A program made the position numbers and the translations under genes. From Hypanus sabinus (taxonomy: Eukaryota), in the NCBI RefSeq assembly GCF_030144855.1, contig NC_082734.1, positions 21,824,001 through 21,888,000 on the forward strand: 64,000 nucleotides of DNA, read 5' to 3'. Position 1 is the first letter of the stretch. Every line of letters starts with the position of its first letter. This document shows, in pieces, positions 37,290 to 49,300 of this stretch. The notes beneath the pieces are model-generated. The model saw only the letters and a program-made list of their open reading frames with translations, searched no databases and was not told the origin of the DNA.

Positions 37290-37381
37290 TTAGTCGCCAT
37301 CCGAGCCGGAATCATCTTGGTCCGAGAGATCGGGAACCGGGAATCGGAGAATGGCAGCTACTCCGGTCAGCTGGCTGAGCT
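37290..37381 (-). CDS. PELO: PELO exon 13 ([30 protein letters not shown])
   Basis: ctag acceptor directly beside the N gap, so the pyrimidine tract is not visible; TAA stop at 37292-37290. Confidence 0.93.
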
Positions 37382-40300
37382 CTAGNNNNNNNNNNNNNNN
37401 NNNNNNNNNNNNNNNNNNNNNNNNNNNNNNNNNNNNNNNNNNNNNNNNNNNNNNNNNNNNNNNNNNNNNNNNNNNNNNNNNNNNNNNNNNNNNNNNNNNN
37501 NNNNNNNNNNNNNNNNNNNNNNNCAGAAGTGGGGAGGGGAAGAGAGAGGTGGGGAGATTAGAGGGGGAAAGGAGGGGGAGAGAGGGGAAAAGGGAGAGAG
37601 GGACGAGAGACAGGTGGGGAGGGGAAGAGAGAGGTGGGGAGATTAGAGGGGGAAAGGAGGGGGAGAGAGGGGAAAAGGGAGAGAGGGACGAGAGACAGAA
37701 GGGGAAGAGAGAGGTGGGGAGATTAGAGGGGGAAGAGAAGGTGCAGTGGGGATTGGGATGAACGGGAAGGGTGGAGAATTGGGAGAGGCAGAGAGTGGGG
37801 AGGGAGATTTGGGGAGATCATGGAAGGGGGAAGGGTTGGCAGCAGGGAGAGAGAGGTTTGGGAAAGAGTGAGGGAGAGGAGATTCATATTAGTGTTCTGT
37901 CCCACCAAGACTCTGAGTCAGGACTCCTTCTCGGGAACACCCCCCCACCCCACCCCCACCACCTCCTGCAGCTCCACCCATTCAGGCAGGTGAGCTGGTA
38001 TTGGGGATAAAGTCCTAGGATCCAGAAGGGGCCTACTCCACAGACTGGCCAAGAGCTGGTGGGAGGGAGCACAGGAAGATCCCATCAAGCTGGGGAGGGG
38101 TAGGAAGGCAGGGGTGTGCATACAGAGGTTAGATATACTCACGTTCTCCGGAGACGTGGAGACTGGAAAACATCCTGTGGTGGCCGGAATGTGGAGGAGT
38201 AAGGACGTAGGAGAGAGAGGGGGAGGGGGAAGATAGGGGAAGGGGGAAGGAGGGAAAGGGAGTGGGTAGAGGAAGGGAGGGTGGGTGTGAGATGGGAGAG
38301 ATGGGGAAAGAAAAAGATGAAAGGAGAGGGGGAGGAAAGGGAGTGGGTAAAGTAAGGGGAGAAAGATGAGAGGGAAGGGGAGACGGAGGGAGGAGAGGAA
38401 GGGGAAAGAGGGAAAGGAAGTGGGTAGAGGAAGGAGGGATGGGTGTGAGAGAGGGAAGGAGGGGGAGTAGGGGGAGGATGGGGAAGGGAAGGGAGTGGGT
38501 AGAGGAAAGGGAGATTGGTGTGAAGGGGAGGGAAAGGAGAAGAAAAGGAAGAAGGGGGAAGAACAAGGAGGGAGGGGGAAGGGTGGAGAGTGAAGGGGAG
38601 GAGGGAGTGAGGGGGAGAGGGGAGGGAGGTGAGAGAGAGGAGGAGAGGGAAGAGGAGATGGATGGGGAGATGGAGGAGGAAGTGATGGACAGGAAGGGAA
38701 GACGAGGTGAGGAGAGGTGGAAGGAGAGACAAGGGAGGGAAAGGAGGGAAGAGGTAGAGGGATGAGGACAGAGAGGGAGGAACAAAAGGTTAGAGCGAGT
38801 GTCTCTCCCTGGTGACCTCCCACCACCCACCCTCGCCCATCCCTCCCCCTCCCTCTCCTACCCTCATATTCCCTCGACCTCCATCCCTCCCTCCGAACAA
38901 TCTCTGCCTTATCTGACAGGATAGAACTCAATGGGACCGCCTCTCCCTAGACAAGGAGGAGATGAAGAGCTTGGTAACTTATGCAGCCACTTTCAAGGAG
39001 ATAGGGACTTGTACAGAGGATCCTTGAGGTCCATCAACACTATCCTACCACTAACTAGGGTCACACAGCAGAGAACCAGGTCCTTTGGCCTAACTGGTCC
39101 ATGCCAACCGAAATTTCCTTCCAAGCTGGTCCTATTTGTCCATATATGGCCAAATCCCTCTACACCTTTCCAATCCATGTATTGTCTACAAGTTTCTCTT
39201 AAATGTTGTTACTGTACTATCCTGTCTGGCAGCTCATTCCACCATCTGAATGAAAAGGTCCCTCAAGTTCCTGTAAGTGTCTCTCCTCTCACCTTAGACC
39301 TGCACCCTCTAATTCTTGATCCCCCAGCCCCAGGGAAAGAGACTGTGTACATTCACTCTACCTATGCCCCTCATGACTTTATACACCTCTATAATGTCAC
39401 CCCTTCAGCCTGCCCAACCTTTCTGTATAACTCAAGTCCCAGCAGCATCCTTATAAATCTCCCTTGCACTCTTTCCAGCTTAATGTCTTCTTTCCTACAC
39501 CAGGGTGACCAAAACTAAACATAACACTCCCAAGTCAGGGACACAAGAGATTCTGCAGATGCTGGAACTCATGAGTAACACACACAAAATGCTGAGGGGT
39601 AAAAATAGGGGTAAATCCAAGCAGGCTTTTTCTGCTGAGGTTGGGCAAGTCTAATACTAGATGTCATAGGTTAGAGGTGAAAGGTGAAATATGTAAGAGG
39701 AATTGGTGGGGGAACTTGTCACTCAGGGTGGTGAGAGGGTGGAATAAGCTGCCAGCGGAAGTAGTGTATGCGGGTTCGATTGCAACATTCAAGAAGTTTG
39801 GATAAGTACACGGATGGGAGGGATATGGAGGGTTATGGTCCAGGCCAGGTTGATGGGACTAAGCAGAATTACAATTCAGCGTAGACTAGACGGGCCAAAG
39901 GGCCTGTTTCTGTGCCGTAGGGCTCTATGACTCTTGGTGGATACAGTCCAGTTCATCACAGGCAAAGTCCTCTCTACCACTGAATACCTCTACAAGCAGC
40001 CCAGCCACAAGAAAGCAGCATCCTTCATCAAGGACCCCCAACACCCAGACGCCTTCGGTCCCACACCACCAGGTTCAGGAACTGTTACAACCATTAGTCC
40101 CCTGAACTGGCATGGATAACTTCACTCACCTCTACCCTGAACTGATTCTACAACCCACAGACTCACTTTTCAGGACTCTTTTCACCTCATGTTCTCAGTT
40201 TTGCTTTATTATGCACACCTTGTCTCATTTTGCATATTAGTTTGTCAGTTTTCGGCTGTTTATGTATAGATTTTTGTAAAATCTATTGTATTTCTTTTTT

Positions 40301-43300
40301 CCCTGTAAATGTCTAAAGGTAAATAAATCTCAATGTATATGGTAAAATGCATGTATTTTGCTCATAAATTTACTTTGAACTTGAACTTTCAGACACCAGT
40401 GAATACAAGGCCAGTGGATGATCTGACCAGCAGCAGGGTCACACACGTCTGCCAGAATCCGACTGCCCCAGCCTAGGCTTCCCTCACCTTATAGTTCCCC
40501 CGTTATCACGCACGCTGTCCACCAGTTTGACATAGCGATTTCGCTGTGCGATGTCTTGGCTCCTGTTGAAGGGTAAGAAAGAGGAAGAGTAGCCTTCATG
40601 TTTCTGGCCTCAGTTCCATCCTGAGGCGTGTGCTCTCACATTTCCCATCTCAGTATCTCCTGGGTCTGACTCACACCAGGATCACCATGCACGTTTCCCA
40701 TCTCAGTATCCCCTGGGTCAGACCCACACCAGGATTACCGTGCATGGTTTCTGTCTCTGTATCCCCTAGGTCAGACACACAACAGGATCAACACGCATGG
40801 TTCCCATCTCAGTATCCCCTGGGTCAGACTCACACCAGGATCAGACCACACTGGGTCAGACTACACTGGGATCACCATGCACGGTTCCCATCTCTGCACC
40901 CCCTGGGTCAGACCCCCCCCCCCCCCCACCAGGATCAGCAGGTACAGTTCCTGTCTCAGTATCCCCTGGGTCAGACTCACACCAGGATCACTGTGCACAT
41001 TTCCCATCTCTGCATCCCCTGAGTCGGACCCACACCGGGATCACTGTTCACGGTTCCTGTCCCTGTATCTCCTGGGTCAGACCCACTGCGGGATCACCAG
41101 CATGGCTCCAGTACTAGAACATCAAAGAACAGAGGAACAGAGAGACCTCGGTATACAAGGGTATGACACACACAGTGAATGATGGGGATTACTGAGGGAC
41201 AGAGAGAGCTCGGTATACAAGGGTTAGACACACCCTGAGTGGTGGAGAGTGTTGAGGGACAGAGGGAGTTCAGTGCATGAGGGTGGAAAAACATCGTGAA
41301 TGGTGAAGAGTGTTGAGGGACAGAGGGTAGGACATACACCATGAATGGGACGGAGGGACCTCAGTGTACACAAGCGGGGGGGAGGGCAGGGAGGGTAAGG
41401 CGGGGTTGGTGGGTTAGTGAAGAGTATTCCAATTAGAGTTGCCAGGAATCTGGATTCATTCCAAATCTGGGAATCAAGAGGGAGGGATGGGAGACAGTTG
41501 GAGCCCAGGCACAGAAAATTCCCTGGCAGGGAGACAGAAAAGGGAAGAGGGATCAAAGAAAGAACTCATCTAGGCCCAACAAGCACAACTCGACAGTGGT
41601 TAGCTGGGTTAGCTCAGCAGACTGGGACACGGGAAGGAGGGAGTGTGTGAGACAGAGAATAGGAGGGAGAAAGAGAGAGGGACAGAGTGAGTGAGAGGTG
41701 GAGGGGGAGGAGAGAGCGAGTGCATCAGGGTGGGAAAGGGAGACTCAGAGAGACAGTAGGGTGACAGGATTTAAAGAGGGAGGGATGGTGGGAATTAGAT
41801 CGTGGAGGGCTTGGAGAGGGGGAAGAGGAGGGAGGGTGGGATGGAGGAGAAAGACCTCACCTTCCACAACTCCTCCCTCCTCTCCTGGGACCAGCCACCT
41901 CCTTCAGTCACTTGTGGAATTCTGCTGTGCGCTCACCCCAGGTCCGCTGAGGGAGGAGGGGTGCAGGAGGCATGGTGAGAGAAGTTCTTTTCCCTCTCGT
42001 GGAAGGCCAGGAGTGATCGGGGCAAATTACGCTCACCCTCCCCAGCCCCGCCACTGAAAGGGGAACAGGAGTGAGAGGTGAACTGACCTGAAGAGATTGT
42101 CAGAAATGAGGAGGGTTTCCACAGCCAGGGCCTCATTTGCATGCTCCACTTGCTTCACCCTGGGGAGGGGTCAGAATTCAAGCATTAATACCGTGGAAAC
42201 AGGTCCTTCTGCCAACTCCTGAGCCGTGTCCTCCCGAGCTGCTCCCTCTGCTGTATTTAGCCCACCTTTCCCATCCGTGCATGTTTTGTGTCTTTTAGTT
42301 GTAGCCGCCTCTCCACTTCTCTGGCAACTCATTCCATATCGTCACCGCCTCCTACGTGGGAAAAGCCTGCATTTTTTCACCTTTCTCCACACACCTTAAA
42401 CCTGTGTCCTATAGTTTTAAAATCCCCTCCCCTCGGGGAGAGAGACCATGACTACCCACCTTTTCTACACCCCTCATGGCTTTATAAACCTCTGTGAGGT
42501 CACCCCCTCAGCCTCCCCCACTCCAGGGAAAGCAATCCCAGGCTGTCCAGTCAGTCCTTGTAACTCAAGCCCTCCAGTCCCAGGAACATCCTTGTGAACT
42601 TTTCCTGCACCTTCTCCAGCTTAATCACACCCTTCCTACAGCTGAGTGACCAGAACCACTCACAATACTCCCAAGTGGCCTCACTAACAGCTGAAATGGG
42701 ACATCTACACAGTGCCCCAACTAATGAAGGTCAGCATGCTAAATCCCTTTTTCACCTGTCCACTTGCGACTCCATTTTCAAGGAACCATGTGACTGTAGC
42801 CCTTCAGCCCGTGATGTTGTACCAACTTTTTAACTCACTCCAAGATCAATTTAACCCTTTCTTTCACTTCCCTTTCTAAGAGTTTCTCAAACGTCCCTAA
42901 TGTGTCTGCCTCTGCCAACATCCCCAGCAGTGCCGTCCACTCACCCACCACGTTCCGTGTCAAAAACCAAGCTCCAACATCCCTCCTGTACTTTCCTCCT
43001 ATCACCTTAACAGTACTTCCTTTGGTATTGGCCAGTTGGGTGGAGGTTTGGAGATACGTCTCTACAGAAGAAGGTGTAAGGCGCTCCTTCCCTCTGCTAG
43101 CCTGCATGCAAGGTGTAGCACCAGCTTAGTCTCTCATTAAGAGTCACGTGAAGTCATACGAGCAGTTGGTGCATATCACAAGTCCTGGCTATCATGCAAT
43201 CTCTCAAGAGTATTGATAATGACAGGGGTCACCCATCTTGCAAAGACATTGCCCAGAAGAAAGCAATGGCAAACCACTTCTGCTGAAAAATTTGCCAAGA

Positions 43301-46300
43301 ACAATCACGGTCTTGGAAACACCATGAATATCCATTTTATTTAAGTGGAAAGATTCCAACCCACCTACCACATTTCAATGGTTTTCTCAAACGATTGCAT
43401 GTTTAAATTTGGAAAAGATTAGGAGCAGTACAAAGGACCTCTCAGTTAAATTTGAAGAAACTTGGAAGCCATTTATTCAATATTTTCATATGATGCAAGT
43501 TGACCCTTTCTGAATCCTTTTTCAGTAATTTTTTTATGTATAGAGGAGCGGAGTTAACGACAAATTATAATTTTAACTGATGAAATATGGCAGCCCAATC
43601 TTTGTTTTTTTTAGGTTAGTTTGTTTTAGTTTGGGGTTCTTTTTCTCTTTTTTTTATAATTATCTTTCTCATGGTTAATTACTGAGAGATTGGGAGGTTA
43701 GACTCCATTTGCTACTCGGAATATGTGTCTCTACATGTTAACCGTTATTAACGTACTCCTGATCTCTATGTATCAGTATCAATATTGTTCATCGGAAACT
43801 TAATAAAAAGTTTGAAGAAGGAAACACCATGACTGCCCACGTCATACTGCATGGCACATAATGAATGACTGATTGGCCATTATTGCTCTGAGAAAAAGCC
43901 CAGTCCACACTATCTATGCCTCTGATCATCTCAAACACCGTGCTCCAAGGAGATAAGCCCTAGCCCACTCAACCTTTCCTCAAAAACCATGCTCTCTAAT
44001 CTAGGCAACATCATGGTAAATCTCCTCTGCACCCTCTCTATAACTTCCACATCCTTCCTATAACAAGGTGACCAGAACTGAACATAATACTCCAAGTGTG
44101 GTCTAAACAGGGATTTATCGAGCTGCAACATTACCTCAATCTGACTGATGAAGGCCAATACACTTCCTAACCGCAGCAACTCTGAGGGATTCATGGATGT
44201 GAACCCCAAGATCCCTCTGTTCCTTCACATGACTAAGAATCCCATAAATACCGCTGTACTTTGTTTTCAAGTTCAACCATCCTAGGTGAATCACTTCACC
44301 CTTCTCCAGGTCTAACTCCATCCTCCACTTCTGAGTCCAGTTCTGTGTCCAGCCAATGCCCCATTGTAACCTACAAAGACCATCCACAACATCCACAGCA
44401 CCATGGTTTTGGTTTTGTGACTTTTGACACCCTTCACCACAGCACCAATTACCAAAATTAACATCTGCACCAACAGTAAACCCTGGTTAGTGAGATCACA
44501 CCGTCCCATCGCACACTCCCGGCTCAGACACAGAGTAAAGCTCCCTCCACACCGTCCCATCACACACTCCCGGGGTCAGACACAGAGTGAAGCTCCCCCC
44601 CACACCGTCCCATCACACTCCTAGGGTCAGACACAGAGTGAAGCTCTCTCACACCATACTATAACATACGTCCTGGGGTCAGACATAGAGGGAAGCTTCC
44701 TCCTTACTGTTGCTCACTGGCCCATCACACACTCCCTGGGGTCAATCACAGAGTGAAGGTGCCTCCATACTGTCCAATCATACATTCCCAAGGTTAGACA
44801 GAGTGAAGCTTCCACCACAGTGTGTTAGCGAAGGGTTAATGATCCTCCCATGATAATAAAGCAGCTGGGCAGAAATCCCCTGGTTCTTTCCCAGCATCTG
44901 GGAGGTTGCAAACTTCTGAAAACACCTGGGCTTCTGACTCTGTGCTGAGACACGCCCAGCAAGGCTGTGATTCAGGCAGAGAGGGAATGAGAGAGGATGG
45001 AATAGGAAAGGGAGTGGAAAGAGTGGGTGGGGACAGAGGGGGGAGGGAGAGTGGGGAAAGGGAGAGAGGGGGGAGAGGGAGAGGGGGAGGGAGAGGGGAA
45101 GGGGGAGAGGGGAAGGGGAGAGGNNNNNNNNNNNNNNNNNNNNNNNNNNNNNNNNNNNNNNNNNNNNNNNNNNNNNNNNNNNNNNNNNNNNNNNNNNNNN
45201 NNNNNNNNNNNNNNNNNNNNNNNNNNNNNNNNNNNNNNNNNNNNNNNNNNNNNNNNNNNNNNNNNNNNNNNNNNNNNNNNNNNNNNNNNNNNNNNNNNNN
45301 NNNNNNNNNNNNNNNNNNNNNNNNNNNNNNNNNNNNNNNNGGGAGAGGAGAGGGGATAGAAAGGGGAGAGTGGGGATAGAGAGGGGAGATTGGAGAGGGA
45401 GGGGGGAGATTGGAGAGGGAGGGGGGAGATTGGATAGAGGGGAGGGGAGGGGAGGGGAGTGGGGAAAGGGGGGGAGGGGGAGGGGGATACAGGAGAGGGG
45501 AGAGTGGGGATAGAGAGGGGAGATTGGAGAGGGGGAGGGGAGGAGGGGAGGAGGGGAGAGGGGGGAGTGGAGGAGGGGAGAGGGGGAGGAGGGGAGTGTG
45601 GTGATAGAGGGGAGAGGGGAGATTGGATAGAGGGGAGAGAGGGAGGGGAGAGAGGAAACGGGGAGAGGAGAGGTGAGGTGGAGGGGATGGGAGAGGTGAG
45701 GTGGAGGGGATGTGAGAGGGGAGGAGGGAGTGAGGGGCTGGAGGGAAGGAGGGCAGGAGAGAGCAGTGGAGGGGAGAGAGAAAGAGAGGGGGGAGGGGAG
45801 AGGGGCGTATCGGAGGGGGAGGAGCAGAGGGGGAAGGGAGCTCCTGCCTCTCACTCTCTTGATCTTTATTCCCCCCCCTTCCCCTTCTCTCCCCTCCTTC
45901 TCCATTGTCTTTCGCCCACCCACAGAATCCACTTCCTCACCCCACAGACTCCTCTCGCCCGCACCTACCCGTAGAAGGCTCGGTCTGGCTCTTGTTTCAG
46001 CATCTTGTAGAAATCTTCTAGCGCTTTCACCTCCCCAGCTGCCTGTTATGGGTGGGAGAGCAGAGGGGCAGGTTAAGTCTGTTACAGAGGATATAGATGC
46101 AAGTGGGGCTGGGGGTATGGGAAAGGGAAACCAAGGTGGGTATCTACTTCAATTCCCCACCCCATCTATTCCCCTTTGTGAACTCCACCCTCCCTACCTA
46201 TCCTTCTCACTGCCTCCAATTCCCCCTAAACCACTCTATCCCTCCCTCCCCTTCATTCTCTACTCTCCCCTACTTTGCCCCCTTCTGTTCCACTCCAATC

Positions 46301-49300
46301 CCCTCTCCTTTTCCCCCTCCCTCCTTCTTCCCCACTTTCTCCCCCACTCCTCCCCTCCTCAATCCCTCCCTTTTAACAGGCTCCTTCCTTCTCCCTTCAC
46401 TCCTCCTCCTAACCTCTCCCCTCCCCCCACTACCACTCCATTTTTGTCTCCTCCCTCCTTCTACCCCCTTTTATCATTCTCCCTCTCCTTCCTCCTCTGC
46501 TCCCTATCCGTTCTGCACACCGTCTCTCAGAAAAGATGATCACATGATCCCTCCTCTCATTCTCAATTCCTGTGATTCTGAGGGGATGGAATCATCAGGT
46601 AGTGAGGGAGGGATGTAGGGGAGGGGCCAGGTAAGGCAGGGAGTGATGGAAATGGGGAGGGAAGAGGTCACGGAGATGGGGAGATGTTTCAGAGTGGGTG
46701 GAATTCATAGAGATGGGGAGGGGTCAGAGACGGGGAGGTGTGTAGGGGAAGGAGGATGTTAGAGACGGGGAGGTCTGTAGAGGAGGGAGGGGTATAGGGA
46801 AGGGTGGTGTTCATGGAAGTGGGGGAGGGAGGGGTCACAACGTCAGGGAGAGGATGACAGAGATCAAGTCCCACACCTCACCTTTGTGTTGGCCAGTCGT
46901 CCTGTCACGTTGGGGTCACAGAGTACCTCTGAGAAACAGAGTAGGGAGGATGTGAGGAACTGGTTTAAATCTTTCAGCTTCCCCACACGCCACCCAAAGA
47001 TTAGCTGACCTCTCCTCTTCCCCCACCACCCACCCCCATCCCCACTCCTGTCTGCACAGACCACCCTACCAAGGGGAGTCAGCTCCTTTTGTTCCCATCT
47101 GCACATCGGACGCTATTTGGATCTTCCCAACATTTATCGCCTATCCCTAGTCACCTCCTTGGGAAGGCATGGAAATTGCCAGCATTTATCGCTCATCCCT
47201 AATCACCCCCTCCTGAAGGTGCGAAATTATCTATGTTCATGCTCATGCAGGTTGTGGGGTGTATGGGGAACCTGCATGAGGTGCTGGCCAGGAGAGGCAC
47301 GAGGTTTGGGTGAGTGACCACAATGTGTTTGACCGATAGAGGGAGGTGGGCAGGAAGCCTATCAAGCGGGCAACTGAACGACACTGAGCTTCCTGAGAGT
47401 TGTTGGACCCAGGGGAGTGTTCTATCACACTCCTAACGTGTAGATGGGGGAGAGGTAATGTGGCGGATGTCGAGTGCATGGACTAACCCCAATCAGGAGG
47501 CTCACCTTTGAGGGCGTACTTGTGCCCAGAGGAGGAGTGAACCTGTAAGAACTTGGAGCGGTTGTCGAGGATGAGCCGGATATCGGACTTCACTGCCTGG
47601 TCAAACATGTAATTGCAGAAGTGTTCTTTGACGAAACCAGGGCTGGCTATCAGCACACACTTCACCACTGAGGTATGGGGGAGAGAGGGAACAGCGCGTC
47701 AGAGTCTGGGGAGGGAGGGAGGGAGAGGGAAACAGAGAGAAAGGAGTGGGGTAAGAGAGGGGAAAAGCTGGGGAGAAAGGGGGGGAGGCAGGGGTGAGAG
47801 CAGGGGAAGGGATAGAGGTATGGGGAGAGGGGTGAGAGATGGGCAGAAAGGGGAGAAAGGGAGGAGAATAAGGAAAGGAGGAATGGGACAGAAGAGAGAA
47901 GATATAGGACAGAGGAAGAGGTGGGAGTTGGGGAAAGAGAGGGTTAGAGAGAGAAGGCTGGGGAGAGGAAATGGGTAGGGAAGGGTGGAGTGGGGTGGAG
48001 GAGAGAAGGGTGGGGAGAGAGAGGGGAGTGGGGAGAAGGGAGAAAGAGGATGCGGGGAGAGGGGGGAGGGGAGTGTGATGGAAGGGAGGGTGGCAAGAGG
48101 AGAACGGAGTGGGGGGAGAGAGGGGAGGGGGAGAGGGTTGAGAGGCAAATAGGGGGAGGGGAGTGTGATAGAAGGGAAGGTGGCGAGAGGAGAACGGGGG
48201 TGGGGGGGGGGGGGAAGAGGACACTCACCATCGAAGTTGATGTGTCGAATGATCCCCTGCATGACGGACTCGTAGAACCTCTCCAGGGCCTAGAACAGAG
48301 TGTGGTCAGCAGGTCAGTGAGTGAATGTCCACCCCTCAAGCCCACCATGACTAGGTATCAGACACTGTCTTCTCCCTTCCCCTCTCCTTTCCCAGTCCAG
48401 GCATTGAACACACTGCCCTCTCCCCACCTCTGCTCAGGGGCTGGACATTGGCCACACCTTCCTCTCCTCCCTTGGGACCCAGCTTCAAGATTCACCATCC
48501 TCTCCCCAACTCCACTCCGGAACCAGGTGTAAGACACACCTTTCTCTTCCCAACTCCTTTGGGACGAGGCATCAGACATACCCTCCTCTCCCTGTCTGGG
48601 ACTGGGCATTGGACATACCATCCTCTCCCATCCCTTTAGCATCAGGTGCTGGACACACCAACCTCTCCCCACCTCTGGAACCGAGTACCGGACACACCAT
48701 CCTCCTCCCCCCTGCTGGGACTGGGGGTCAGACACTGTTCTCCCCCACCCCCACCTTGTCGTGCTGAGAACAGCTGCCTTTCCGTTTCCTGGGGATTGTG
48801 CTCTCCACCTTGGCCCTCAGCACCGTCATACAGGACGTCACCAAGCAGATGTGCGCCAGACCCTCCTGCATCACCACAGCCGCCACATCTGCACTTTGCG
48901 CTGGGTCACATGCCTGTTCTGCAGTCAATGAGAAGAGAGGAGACAGGTGAGAACATGTTGCCCAGGCAGCTCCCTCACCCCAGTGTTGCTTCTCTTAACA
49001 TCCTGGACGCTTGGCATGGGACATCCCAATTTGTCAAACACCTTCCCCGCCGCCTTCCTGAAATTCCAAGATCAGAGCTGTGGGAAGTTCCCCTACTGAG
49101 GTTGTCCTAAGGTTAGAAGTTCGAGGCGATCTGGTTTGTCACTAAACACTAACAAACTTCTACACATACACTGTTGGAGTGCCCTGACTGGTTGCATCAC
49201 GGTCTGGTACGGCAATCTGAATGCGCAGGAGCTTTAGAAGCTGCAGAGAGTAGCGGTCTCAGCCCATTACATCATGACCACATCCCTCCCAACCATCGGT

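Noticed and set aside
37918-38931. Pro/Ser/Leu-rich long ORFs (also 44778-45932, 47601-48348, 54346-55047)
   Set aside because: Stop-poor translations of CT/GA low-complexity intronic tracts.
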